Made by a program: the position numbers and the translations under genes
From: Candidatus Moraniibacteriota bacterium
GTDB taxonomy: Bacteria > Patescibacteriota > Minisyncoccia > Moranbacterales > DUUL01
Length of the DNA stretch: 64,000 nucleotides
NCBI GenBank assembly: GCA_041583775.1
Contig: JBFHFF010000004.1
Location: forward strand, 2,428-66,427
Direction of reading: 5' to 3'
Shown: positions 1 through 8,917 of the stretch, in pieces
Position numbering within the stretch: the stretch's first letter is position 1
Layout: every line of letters begins with the position of its first letter
The notes under the pieces: generated by a model
Database searches by the model: none
Seen by the model: only the letters and a program-made list of their open reading frames with translations
What the model was told of the DNA's origin: nothing

Positions 1-1
1 T

Positions 2-2476
2 CAAAAAACAATTCTTCTTTCTGATATTGCAAGGATTGATTACGAGGTCGGAGAAATTAAAGAGAAGGTTAGATTTTCAACAAAAGATTTTTCAAATGAT
101 GCTGTATATCTTGGGATAGCAAAATTAAACGGTGCAAATGCAACAACGGTATCAGCCGAAGTGTTGTCTGAACTGGATGATATCAAAGATGAAATTGTTC
201 CAGCAGAGGTTAGCGTTGATGTCGTGAGGGATGATGGAAAAGTCGCCGATGAAGCAATCGGAAAGTTGACTCAAAATCTTTTTACAGCGATTGCGATTGT
301 TTCATTTGTTCTGTTTTTATTTTTAGGGTGGAAAAGTGCGCTAGTCGTTGCAATTGCAATTCCCTTGACACTTGCTGCAGTATTTGGAATAGGAAATTTG
401 TTTGGACAAACAGTAAATAGAATTACTTTATTCGCTCTGATTCTTTCTCTGGGCCTTTTAGTTGATAGCGCAACTGTTGTAGTTGAAAATGTTTATCGTT
501 TGCTTAAAGAGAAAATAGGTGCAGACAAAGAATCTGTTGTAATAGAAGCTGCGGATGAAGTCGGTAGTGGGCTTGTTATGTCTACAATAACAACCGTCCT
601 AGCTTTTATTCCGATGGCATTTATTTCAGGAATGATGGGCCCATATATGGCACCAATTCCTTTTTTCGTTCCAGCTGCATTATTAGTATCATTATTAGTC
701 GCTTTAATGATTAATCCATTTTTATTAAGTTTTTTTATTAATAAAAAAGATCTAGAAACAAAAACAAAAGAGAATCTTTTTATGATAATGATAAATAAGT
801 TGAGGGATTTTTATGAAAAAATTCTCTTAAAAATTATAGAATCTCAAAAGTTGAGAAGAAAAATGATGTTAGGTGTTTTGATTCTATTTTTTATCTCGAT
901 GAGCCTTCCGATTTTTAAGATTGTTAAATTTAGAATGTTGCCCAAGGCTGACAGGGAACAGTTTTTCGTTTATCTTGATTTACCAGCTTTTGCCAATATT
1001 GAGAAGACTGATGAAGTTGTCAAAATGGTTGAAGCTGCTTTGCTTGAAAGTAAAGACATTAAAAGCATCCAAAGTTTTGTTGGACAATCCCAAGTTGTGG
1101 ATTTTAACGGATTGTTTAAGGGAAGTGATGGGCGCGTCTCAGAAAATCAAGCAACATTAAAGATAAATTTAATTCCGACAGAAGATCGTAAAGAAACTTC
1201 TAGTCAGATAGCGATTGAGGCAAGGGAATTGCTTTTGAAAAAATTGGAGGAATTTCCAGATGCGAAATTAAAAATAATTGAAGATCCTCCGGGACCACCA
1301 GTATTGTCAACCTTCTTGGTTAAAATACAAGGAGAAAAACAAGATTCGATTGAAAAAATTGCTCTTGATATTGAGTCAGCCACCGAAAATATAGCAGGAG
1401 TTGTTGATATTGATACAAACATCACAGAACAAACAGTGGAACATTCACTTAGGATTGATAGTGAAAAAGCAAGCAGCTTTGGAATAAGTGTAAATCAAAT
1501 AACAACTGAAACAAGTGCTGTTTTGGGAGATTTGAAGGTCGGGCTTTATCATGAATCAGTTCTTGATGAATTGCCCAAAAGAGAGCAAGAGTTTATTGTT
1601 GTGAAGTTTGAAAAAGAAGATAAAGATGAAGCGATTGATTTGAAAAAGATTTTCATTTCTAATTCGATAGGAGAGAAAGTTCCACTTTCTGAGCTTGTTT
1701 CAGAAGAAGAGTTGGATGCTAAGCCAATAATTTTCTCTGATGATCAACAAAAAACAGTTTATGTTTCAGCAGAAATGGGGAACAGAAGTGTCACCTATGG
1801 AATGATTGATATGTTTAAATTTTTACTTGACTATAAACTTTCCTCAGGTGATGGGGAAATAGACAGAATGTCTTTGTTATCTTTTGATTTCACCGATAAA
1901 CAAACAGGAGAGCATTTCAAAATCGTGTTAGATGGGGAATGGAGGCTTATGCTTGAAGTATTTAGAGATTTAGCTGTTGCGATGGCAGTTGCAATTTTCT
2001 TGATCTATTTTGTGCTGGTTGCACAATTTGGTTCCGTGAGAATCCCTTTGCTTATTATGGGAACAATCCCTTTGGCAATGATAGGGGTGATGCCGGGATT
2101 TGCTTTTCTAGGAGCTTTAAATGGAATATATTTCAATGCAACTAGTATGATTGGAGTAATCGCACTAGCAGGAATTGTGGTGAATAATGCAATTATATTC
2201 TTAGAATATCTCAATGATTTAAAGAGGGAAAAAATTGAACTTAAAGAAGCGATTTTGAGGGCTGGGAAGACAAGGCTATTGCCAATTCTCTTAACTTCAA
2301 TGACAACAATATTAAGCTCTTTGACGATTGTTAGCGACCCGGTTTGGGCTGGACTCTCCTGGGCGATTATTTGGGGGCTTTCGCTTTCAATGTTCCTAAC
2401 ACTAATCATTTTTCCAGCCTTGTACTTTGAGTTTGAAAGAAAAAGTTGGGACGAGGGCATTAAAAACAACCTGTAA
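2..2476 (+). CDS. RND-family (AcrB/HAE1-like) efflux transporter, 5'-partial (reading frame is open to the window edge)
   Basis: The frame of the 161..2476 ORF stays open back to nt 2 with no stop. Translation shows a large periplasmic domain flanked by TM clusters (e.g. LFALILSLGLLVDSATVVVENV, GVIALAGIVVNNAIIFLEY), typical of RND pumps. Family call from recalled motif pattern. Confidence 0.8.
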   Translation, partial: QKTILLSDIARIDYEVGEIKEKVRFSTKDFSNDAVYLGIAKLNGANATTVSAEVLSELDDIKDEIVPAEVSVDVVRDDGKVADEAIGKLTQNLFTAIAIVSFVLFLFLGWKSALVVAIAIPLTLAAVFGIGNLFGQTVNRITLFALILSLGLLVDSATVVVENVYRLLKEKIGADKESVVIEAADEVGSGLVMSTITTVLAFIPMAFISGMMGPYMAPIPFFVPAALLVSLLVALMINPFLLSFFINKKDLETKTKENLFMIMINKLRDFYEKILLKIIESQKLRRKMMLGVLILFFISMSLPIFKIVKFRMLPKADREQFFVYLDLPAFANIEKTDEVVKMVEAALLESKDIKSIQSFVGQSQVVDFNGLFKGSDGRVSENQATLKINLIPTEDRKETSSQIAIEARELLLKKLEEFPDAKLKIIEDPPGPPVLSTFLVKIQGEKQDSIEKIALDIESATENIAGVVDIDTNITEQTVEHSLRIDSEKASSFGISVNQITTETSAVLGDLKVGLYHESVLDELPKREQEFIVVKFEKEDKDEAIDLKKIFISNSIGEKVPLSELVSEEELDAKPIIFSDDQQKTVYVSAEMGNRSVTYGMIDMFKFLLDYKLSSGDGEIDRMSLLSFDFTDKQTGEHFKIVLDGEWRLMLEVFRDLAVAMAVAIFLIYFVLVAQFGSVRIPLLIMGTIPLAMIGVMPGFAFLGALNGIYFNATSMIGVIALAGIVVNNAIIFLEYLNDLKREKIELKEAILRAGKTRLLPILLTSMTTILSSLTIVSDPVWAGLSWAIIWGLSLSMFLTLIIFPALYFEFERKSWDEGIKNNL

Positions 2477-2488
2477 TAAAAGATAAAA

Positions 2489-2716
2489 ATGAGTAAAAAA
2501 GTATATCGTCAAAAAATAGACAGTTGGTACTTAGAGAGAATTCTTTTTCTTGTCGCAGGAATCTTTGTTCTAATTTCTGCTGTGCTTGGAATGATTGGGT
2601 TTAAGGGATTTATTCTTTTTACTGCTCTTGTGGGCTTGCTTTTGATCGTTTTTGCTTTTACTGGATATTGTCCGATGGCAATTATTTTAAAGAAATTGGG
2701 GGCAGAGGAAAAATAA
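2489..2716 (+). CDS. small two-TM membrane protein, DUF2892 (YgaP-like) family
   Basis: 75 aa, two hydrophobic helices and the GYCP motif (FTGYCPMAIILKKLG) typical of DUF2892. Lies 12 nt after the RND gene. Confidence 0.5.
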   Translation: MSKKVYRQKIDSWYLERILFLVAGIFVLISAVLGMIGFKGFILFTALVGLLLIVFAFTGYCPMAIILKKLGAEEK

Positions 2717-2820
2717 TTTTTATCATCCCCTTGTTTTTGTAAAAGCAGAAATTAAAAAATTCAATCGAGGTAATAACTAAAAAAGCCACTGAATTTAATC
2801 AGTGGCTTTTTTGAATGATG

Positions 2821-3834
2821 CTATTTCTCTATCTCAGCCTTCACAATCAATCTGTTCCAAGTTGTGCGAAGTGGCCAACAGGTAACTAGCGTCAGGCTTG
2901 TTTCGTCTGTGCTAGTGAATATTGCTGGGTCATTTGGTTTAACGACATTTTTGCTTTTGATGATATATGAGTAAGAAAAAGATCTATTGTTTTGCCCGGT
3001 TGTTTTGATGATTATCTTATCTCCAATCTCTAAATCGTTTAGTTTTTCAAAGATATAATTATAATCTCCTTTTGCCCAAACATAATTACTCGAATGACCA
3101 GAAATAACAGCGTTTCCACTTTGTCCAGGAACCCCAGTTTTTGGAAGAATTGCAACGCCTTTTTCCAAATCTTTCAACAAATCTGACTCTTTTTCGCTTT
3201 TTGACCAAATCATCGGAGCTTCCACGCCAATTTTTTCAATTGATATTAAAAAATTCAATCTGGCATCACCAGCTACTGCAGGGTCATATCCATTTTTAAT
3301 TTCGTCGGTGTCATTGAAACCATCTCCGTCAGAGTCTTGTTCAAAGGGATTTGTTAGATAAGCAAATTCAATTTGATTTATAAGTCCATCGCCATCTTGA
3401 TCTTCATCCGCGCTCTTTTCTTTTGTACTTAAACCAACTTCTTTTTCCCAGAAATCTGGCAGACCATCTCCATCTTGATCAAGTTTTCCTTCGCCAATAG
3501 GACTGTAGCCATCTCGAACTTCTTTTCCGTCATCATAGCCATCACCATCAGTATCTGGATTGAGAGGGTTTGTTGAGTTTTCATATTCAGCCAAAAGATT
3601 CAGTCCATCACCATCAATATCAGCTTCAATGTCTAAATCACTTTCTATGATAATTTCATATCTATCTAACCAAGATTGAGGGATGTTGTTTTTGTCTCCA
3701 AAATTTTGAGTACAAAAAGATTCGAATATCTTGTTAAAATTTCCTTTAAAATTGAAATTCAGAAAATAGAAGATGACGCCTGATAAAGTCAAAAAAGCCA
3801 TTACTCCTAATATTTTTTTATAATTTTTTCTCAT
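2821..3834 (-). CDS. sortase (transpeptidase) with N-terminal TM anchor and thrombospondin-type-3-like Ca-binding repeats
   Basis: C-terminal sortase motifs: conserved His (NAVISGHSS), catalytic TLxTC (LTLVTCWP), conserved Arg (TTWNRLIV). Multiple DxDGDG/DTDGDGYDDGKE repeats precede the catalytic domain. N-terminal hydrophobic anchor is present. Confidence 0.75.
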   Translation of the reverse strand: MRKNYKKILGVMAFLTLSGVIFYFLNFNFKGNFNKIFESFCTQNFGDKNNIPQSWLDRYEIIIESDLDIEADIDGDGLNLLAEYENSTNPLNPDTDGDGYDDGKEVRDGYSPIGEGKLDQDGDGLPDFWEKEVGLSTKEKSADEDQDGDGLINQIEFAYLTNPFEQDSDGDGFNDTDEIKNGYDPAVAGDARLNFLISIEKIGVEAPMIWSKSEKESDLLKDLEKGVAILPKTGVPGQSGNAVISGHSSNYVWAKGDYNYIFEKLNDLEIGDKIIIKTTGQNNRSFSYSYIIKSKNVVKPNDPAIFTSTDETSLTLVTCWPLRTTWNRLIVKAEIEK

Positions 3835-3914
3835 ATTTTTTAAAAAAATCTGTAGACCACTTCACGAAAAGCAATCCACAGATTAGTTAGAGGCTATTTT
3901 TCCAATAAAACAAA

Positions 3915-4694
3915 CTAGTAGAGTTTCCTTCGCAATTGTTTGAAAGTCAAAAAAGATAATAAGGAAAGTGTACCCGCAGCAAGTATTGTCATCATAGTTC
4001 CACTTCCAGTTGCTGGTGTGCTACGGTGAGCATAACCGAAATCTGCTTTTGTGTGATCGTCTTTATCTCCATCTAAATATACCTTTGCTTTGTTGTTAGG
4101 ATCTCCATCTGGATCATAAACTTGTGTGTAGCTATCAACATCGCTATCTTTTACATATATTTTGTAGTCTCCTTCACAAAGATCATCAAACTCATATCTA
4201 CCATTTTTATTTGTGTGAGTTGTCATTTCTTCATCATCTTTGGTATCCCATTTGAAATCTCGACCAATCCATTTTAGAGTCATTTTTATATCGTCGATAC
4301 CTTTTTCTCCATTGTCCTTTAGTCCATTTCCATTTTCATCATTCCAAACAAGGTTTCCAATTGAGCCGTCGCAAGAAGAATTTTTTCGTGATTCATGCTT
4401 GAATTCAACCTCGGTTTCAACTTCAATTTCTATTTCAGTTTCAATCTCAACCTCAACCTCTACCTCTACTTCTGGCTCTGGCTCAGGTGTAGGTTCTGGT
4501 TCTGGGCATGGCTCAGGTGTAGGTTCTTCCTCGGGAATTGGTGGATGACATTTGGGGCAAATTCTGTCATTAAACTGATCTTCCCATTTTTCAAAAAGAT
4601 CGTCATAATAGGTTGAGCCAGCAGAAGCTTTTTTGATGCCGAAAATTCCACTTAAAAGGAGAATCGCAAAAAGCAAGATAATAGCCTTCTTCAT
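3915..4694 (-). CDS. secreted surface protein: signal peptide, Pro/Glu-rich low-complexity linker, SdrD-B-like domain, C-terminal sorting-signal-like tail (TPATG + hydrophobic + KQLRRK)
   Basis: N-terminal MKKAIILLFAILLLSG signal. PEPEPTPEPEPEVEVEVE repeats. GNLVWNDENGNGLKDNGEKGIDDIKMTL...NGRYEFDDLCEGDYKIYV matches the SdrD B-repeat pattern. C-terminus HRSTPATGSG-TMMTILAAGTLSLLSFLTF-KQLRRKLY has the tripartite architecture of a sortase substrate. Confidence 0.6.
   Translation of the reverse strand: MKKAIILLFAILLLSGIFGIKKASAGSTYYDDLFEKWEDQFNDRICPKCHPPIPEEEPTPEPCPEPEPTPEPEPEVEVEVEVEIETEIEIEVETEVEFKHESRKNSSCDGSIGNLVWNDENGNGLKDNGEKGIDDIKMTLKWIGRDFKWDTKDDEEMTTHTNKNGRYEFDDLCEGDYKIYVKDSDVDSYTQVYDPDGDPNNKAKVYLDGDKDDHTKADFGYAHRSTPATGSGTMMTILAAGTLSLLSFLTFKQLRRKLY
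4403..4527. repeat. tandem short (6-bp unit) and 17-bp direct repeats inside the surface-protein gene
   Basis: ctcaac/ctctac/ttcaat units run in tandem. An exact 17-bp repeat ggctcaggtgtaggttc occurs at 4481 and 4511. Confidence 0.7.
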
Positions 4695-4862
4695 ATTTTT
4701 TAGTAAAATAATTAACTAGTTGAAATATTGTCCCTGTGCTTTAAAATAAGGTTTTTTGCCTTAAATAGGGCAATGAGGTAACTTAGCACATTGTTGCTAT
4801 TTTGTCAATGACTTTGGCTTATAAATGGGATTTTTACTGTTAATGAAAAAAATAAATAAAAT

Positions 4863-4890
4863 AAAAACCCCTTTTTCAAGGGGGTTTTTT
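4863..4890. terminator. Rho-independent terminator hairpin (cccctt/aagggg + T-run), probably terminating rpmA on the - strand
   Basis: aaaaacccctttttcaagggggtttttt directly downstream of the L27 stop. Confidence 0.6.
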
Positions 4891-4909
4891 ATGTGAAGTT
4901 TTTGAAAAA

Positions 4910-5194
4910 CTATTTTTCAGATGCTGTTATTCCAACAAATTTTACTTTTCTGATTTTTCCAGTGAAAAGTTTGATTTTTTTAGTTGAGAATACAACAATT
5001 CCATCCTTTAAGGAAATGATACTATCATCATTAGTCTTTTTGGTGTTTACTCCTGCTCGGAATTTTGAACCACGCTGTCTAATGAGGATTTCTCCAGTTT
5101 TAACTTTTTGACCGCCGAATCTTTTTACACCTAGATATTGAGGATTCGAGTCACGGGTATTATCGGTAGAACCACCGGCTTTACGATGTGCCAT
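4910..5194 (-). CDS. rpmA: 50S ribosomal protein L27
   Basis: MAHRKAGGSTDNTRDSNPQYLGVKRFGGQKVKTGEILIRQRGSKF matches the L27 N-terminal consensus closely. Confidence 0.9.
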   Translation of the reverse strand: MAHRKAGGSTDNTRDSNPQYLGVKRFGGQKVKTGEILIRQRGSKFRAGVNTKKTNDDSIISLKDGIVVFSTKKIKLFTGKIRKVKFVGITASEK

Positions 5195-5316
5195 ATTTTT
5201 AAACTTTATTCAAACGCCAAGCTAGGTAGGCACGACATTTGTTTAATGTTATAATTTACTTAACCAAAAGGATATTTCTAATTAAGCATTTCCTATTATA
5301 AATACAAAAAAATATT

Positions 5317-5757
5317 ATGTCAACAATCCTAAGACATTTTTGGGAAAAATATGATAGTCTCATTTTGATTGCCATAGCAATTTTCTTAGTTTTTGTGGTT
5401 GCATTTAAAGCTGGTCAATTAGAGAAGGGGTCAGAGAATGCTGCTAAAATAAACATCTCTTTGGCAAATAAAAAAGATGCCGAGCCCATAGATCAAAGAG
5501 CAAAAATAATTGAAGAAACTTTGCAAAGAAAGGATATTGAGAACAAGGCGAGTTCTTTGATAAGTGAAAAGCCAAGCGTACAAGAGACCCAAGAAAAGAA
5601 AGAATGTGCCTTTGTTGCATCTAAGAATTCCACAAAATATCACTTGCCAAATTGCAAAAATGCCACTAGAATCAAAGATAGTAATAAAATTTGTTTTAGT
5701 TCTGAAGAGGAGGCGAAAGCCAAGGGATATGAGCGAGCAAAGTGCTGTTTTAAATAA
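5317..5757 (+). CDS. membrane-anchored protein with C-terminal Ada-type Zn-binding-like motif
   Basis: N-terminal TM (LILIAIAIFLVFVVAF). C-terminal KYHLPNC...ICFSSEEEAKAKGYERAKCC aligns with the Ada N-terminal Zn site pattern (FCRPSC...FxSxxEAxAAGFRPCKRC). Family call is inference. Confidence 0.4.
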   Translation: MSTILRHFWEKYDSLILIAIAIFLVFVVAFKAGQLEKGSENAAKINISLANKKDAEPIDQRAKIIEETLQRKDIENKASSLISEKPSVQETQEKKECAFVASKNSTKYHLPNCKNATRIKDSNKICFSSEEEAKAKGYERAKCCFK

Positions 5758-5772
5758 TTTAAAGAAATAAAA

Positions 5773-6639
5773 ATGGTTGATCCAATAAATATTGATGCTA
5801 CAAAAATTAGAAGAAGTTTTTTTCGTTTTTGGAAATTTTTCTTAGTTTTATTCCTGGTAGTTATTTTTGGACCAAAGCTTTTAGTAACAATTAACGCAGG
5901 AGAAACTGGTGTCTATTCTCTTTTCGGAAAAGTAAGTGAAAAAGAACTCTCTTCAGGATTGCACATTGTTAATCCTCTCGGGCAAGTAACAAGGATGAAT
6001 ATTCGTACTGATGAATATACAATGAGTGTGATTCAGGGAGAAGGAAAGAGAGAGGGAGTCGATTCAATTTCAGCTCTGACTAAAGAAGGTTTGAGTATCG
6101 ATTTGGATATTACGGTATTGTATCATCTAAAGGAATCTGAGGCTTCAAGGGTGTACCAAACTGTTGGTTTGGGATATGAAGAAAAAGTCATCAGGCCAGA
6201 AATTAGAAGTGCTATCAGGGAAATTATTGCTCAATATGAAGCTAAGGATGTTTATTCTGAGAAAAGAGAGGAGGCAAATATGAAATTAAAGAATACACTT
6301 AGTGCTAAACTTGAAACAAGAGGGATTGAATTGGAAGATGTTTTATTGAGAAATGTACAGCTACCAGAAAATCTTGCCAGAACAATTCAAGAGAAATTAC
6401 AAGCAGAACAAGAATCTCAAAAATATGAATTTATTCTAGAAAAAGAAACAAAAGAAAAGCAAAGAAAAATAATTGAAGCGGAGGGACAAAGAGATGCCCA
6501 AACCATTATTACTGGAAGTCTTTCGCCTAATTATTTATATTATCTTTATATTAAAGATTTAAAAGATAGAGAGGGAACAATTTATGTTCCAACAAACCCA
6601 AGTACTGGAATGCCTACATTTAAAGAATTAGGAAAATAA
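5773..6639 (+). CDS. SPFH/band-7 (prohibitin/HflC-like) membrane protein
   Basis: N-terminal TM followed by an SPFH-like core (INAGETGVYSLFGKV...LHIVNPLGQV) and a coiled-coil, Glu/Lys-rich C-terminus. Confidence 0.7.
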   Translation: MVDPINIDATKIRRSFFRFWKFFLVLFLVVIFGPKLLVTINAGETGVYSLFGKVSEKELSSGLHIVNPLGQVTRMNIRTDEYTMSVIQGEGKREGVDSISALTKEGLSIDLDITVLYHLKESEASRVYQTVGLGYEEKVIRPEIRSAIREIIAQYEAKDVYSEKREEANMKLKNTLSAKLETRGIELEDVLLRNVQLPENLARTIQEKLQAEQESQKYEFILEKETKEKQRKIIEAEGQRDAQTIITGSLSPNYLYYLYIKDLKDREGTIYVPTNPSTGMPTFKELGK

Positions 6640-6643
6640 GAGA

Positions 6644-6675
6644 AACCCCCTCCGAAAGAGAGGGGTTTTTGTTGA
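6644..6675 (+). terminator. Rho-independent terminator after the SPFH gene
   Basis: aaaccccctccgaaagagaggggttttt: stem cccctc/gagggg followed by a T-run. Confidence 0.65.
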
Positions 6676-6716
6676 GTGTTAATGATTATTAATTTATTTA
6701 TAACAAAAAAACCTTT

Positions 6717-7421
6717 ATGCAAAAAGAAATGTTCGTAGTTTCACTCGGAGGCTCATTGATTGTTCCCGGAGAGATTAATTGGGAATTTTTAAAAGAGTTC
6801 AGAGCTTTGATTATTGAGCAAATTGAAAAGGGAAATCGCTTTATTATTGTGACTGGAGGCGGAAGTGTTACGAGGAAATATCAACAAGCTGCTGAAAAAA
6901 TTACTGACTTAACAAATGATGATTTGGATTGGTTGGGAATTCACTCTACTCGCCTGAATGCTCATCTGATAAAAACCATTTTCAGGGATTATGCGCACCC
7001 AAGAATTAACAAAAATCCTCGCACAAAAGAAGATTTGATGAGTCACTTTGAGAATGGAGAGGGGATTATGGTTGCAGCGGGATGGAGGCCAGGTTGGTCG
7101 ACTGACTATGTTTCGACAATACTTGCTGAAAGACTTGGCGCAAAAACTGTAATAAACCTTTCAAATATCAAATATGTTTGCGACAAGGATCCTAACAAAT
7201 TTGATGACGCAAAGGAATACAAAAATATCGGCTGGGCTGAATTTCGAAAACTTGTTGGCGATACCTGGGATCCAGGTTTGAATATGCCTTTTGATCCAAT
7301 TGCTTCAAAGCACGCAGAAGGGCTTGGCTTGAAGGTTGTCATTGCAGAAGGAAACAAGATTGATAATCTCAGAGATATTTTTGAGGGTAGAGATTTTATA
7401 GGTACAATCATTGAAAACTAA
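6717..7421 (+). CDS. pyrH: UMP kinase, archaeal-type short form (amino-acid kinase family)
   Basis: VVSLGGSLI...IIVTGGGSVTRKY...GIHSTRLNAHL...AAGWRPGWSTD, 234 aa. Matches archaeal PyrH layout and length. Confidence 0.75.
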   Translation: MQKEMFVVSLGGSLIVPGEINWEFLKEFRALIIEQIEKGNRFIIVTGGGSVTRKYQQAAEKITDLTNDDLDWLGIHSTRLNAHLIKTIFRDYAHPRINKNPRTKEDLMSHFENGEGIMVAAGWRPGWSTDYVSTILAERLGAKTVINLSNIKYVCDKDPNKFDDAKEYKNIGWAEFRKLVGDTWDPGLNMPFDPIASKHAEGLGLKVVIAEGNKIDNLRDIFEGRDFIGTIIEN

Positions 7422-7453
7422 TTAAGACGAATAATTCTTAGGTATAAAATCTA

Positions 7454-7496
7454 AAAACATCCATCTGGTAAAAAATAGATGGATGTTTTTGTTTTT
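7454..7496 (+). terminator. Rho-independent terminator after pyrH
   Basis: aaaaacatccatctggtaaaaaatagatggatgtttttgttttt: 14-bp perfect stem plus T-run. Confidence 0.75.
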
Positions 7497-7592
7497 CTAA
7501 AATCTATTATTTTAAATAATGACAAAAAATAATCTAAAAAAAGCTTATCTAAAATGTAAAGAATACTTTAAAAATAAAGTGTAGAAATAAAT

Positions 7593-7621
7593 TTGACAAT
7601 ATTTCAAATCAAAAGTAATAT
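7593..7621 (+). promoter_or_regulatory. sigma70-like promoter (TTGACA-17-TAATAT) upstream of the TrmB-like gene
   Basis: tttgacaatatttcaaatcaaaagtaatat, about 45 nt upstream of ATG 7664. Confidence 0.45.
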
Positions 7622-7663
7622 AAAATATATTTAGATTCAAATGAAATTAAATAGAAAAAATAA

Positions 7664-8413
7664 ATGAAAGCAACTGTTTTTGAGAAAATTGGGTTGTCTG
7701 AAAAAGAAACAAGAGTATATCTAGCACTCCTAGAAAGTGGTGGAATTTCGGTGCGTGGTTTGGCAGAAATCACCAAATTAAACAGGGGGAGTGTATACGA
7801 TATTTTGAAAAAACTTCAAATAAGGGGGCTGGTTAGTTTTTATCATCATGAAACAAAGCAAAAATTTGTTGCGGAAGACCCAGAGAAGTTGGGCTTATTA
7901 ATAGAAGAAAAGGAGCAAAAACTAAAAATTGCAAAGAACGAAATCGAAAAAATAATTCCAGAACTAAAATCTATACAAGATAAGAATGGGAAAAAACCAA
8001 CAACCAAATTCTATGAAGGGCGTTTGGGAATAAGGAAGATCTTGGAAGATATTTTTGAAGTTTTAATGAAAGAGGCTCAGGATGAAAAGGAGTATTTTGT
8101 TTATTCAGCAAAAGAGGCAAGTGAAGATATTAAAGATGCTTATCCAAATTTTACAAAAGATAGGATTAAAAAAGGGATTGAGGTGAAGGCGATTTCTTTG
8201 ACTGGAGGAGGGAGGACGAGTGGTTTAGATGAAAGAAGGTGGCTTGGAACACAGCAAGATTCAGCAACTTTTATTATTATTTATGCTGGAAAATGTGCTT
8301 TTATTTCTCGTGATGCACTAGATTCTCCAATTGGTGTAATTATCGAAAATGAAATGATTTATGAAACACAAAAGATTATTTTTTTACAATTATGGAATTT
8401 ATTAAATAAATAA
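7664..8413 (+). CDS. TrmB-family HTH transcriptional regulator
   Basis: N-terminal winged-HTH pattern LSEKETRVYLALLESGGISVRGLAEITKLNRGSVYDILKKLQIRGLV is typical of TrmB regulators. Confidence 0.65.
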   Translation: MKATVFEKIGLSEKETRVYLALLESGGISVRGLAEITKLNRGSVYDILKKLQIRGLVSFYHHETKQKFVAEDPEKLGLLIEEKEQKLKIAKNEIEKIIPELKSIQDKNGKKPTTKFYEGRLGIRKILEDIFEVLMKEAQDEKEYFVYSAKEASEDIKDAYPNFTKDRIKKGIEVKAISLTGGGRTSGLDERRWLGTQQDSATFIIIYAGKCAFISRDALDSPIGVIIENEMIYETQKIIFLQLWNLLNK

Positions 8414-8680
8414 GGGTTTGTTGTTATTTCTGCCTCCTGCTAAATATATAAATACAAATTAACATCTAAGCTAGAAAATTTTCTTTGAAATGTATGAGAT
8501 TATATCAAATTGCTATATTTTAAATTTTCGGACCGTTATGTTTTGATGTGCTTAATCCGCAACTAATTATTATTACATTTCAATCTTCAGATTGTTGAAT
8601 ATAATAATAATTCGTTGACAGAACAATATATTAATTTTCAATGTTCAATTTACAATTTAAAGACAAACCTCGATACTGCT

Positions 8681-8706
8681 GTCATTCCCGCGAATGCAGG
8701 AATGAC
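8681..8706. repeat. palindromic element copy A (gtcattcc-cgcgaatgc-aggaatgac), intergenic, about 210 nt upstream of glmS
   Basis: 8-bp perfect arms. Shares CCCGCGAATGC...CAGGAATGACAAA with copy B and the GTCATTCC/GGAAT arms with copy C. Confidence 0.7.
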
Positions 8707-8917
8707 AAATAGGACATATAAATTCAAAATTAGAGACCAAGTCACTGTGTCATTTCTTGGAGAGGGTAAAAATAAAACATTATTATATTAAAAAATTTAT
8801 TCGAAATCCAAAATTAAAAATTCGAAATTACCTTGTTCTTAAAACTCGTTAATTCGTTAACTCGTTAATAAATAATAAATAATTCGCGTTACTAATATAA
8901 ACATTAAAACCAAAACT

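Noticed and set aside
921-2469. Internal ORFs 921..1160(+), 1204..1425(-), 2005..2469(-) inside the RND gene
   Set aside because: Fully embedded in a well-supported long CDS. No independent signals.
3145-3165. LPKTG pentapeptide inside the sortase as a functional sorting motif
   Set aside because: It lies in the middle of the protein without a following hydrophobic or charged tail. Most likely chance. Mentioned only as something to check.
4240-4651. ORF-track entries 4240..4548(+), 4395..4616(+), 4466..4651(-)
   Set aside because: They lie inside the 3915..4694 gene on other frames and translate the low-complexity tandem repeat. They are artefacts of the repeat.
8414-8917. Possible glmS ribozyme upstream of glmS
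   Set aside because: I could not find the conserved ribozyme core segments by eye. Left as a finding to test with a covariance model rather than annotated.
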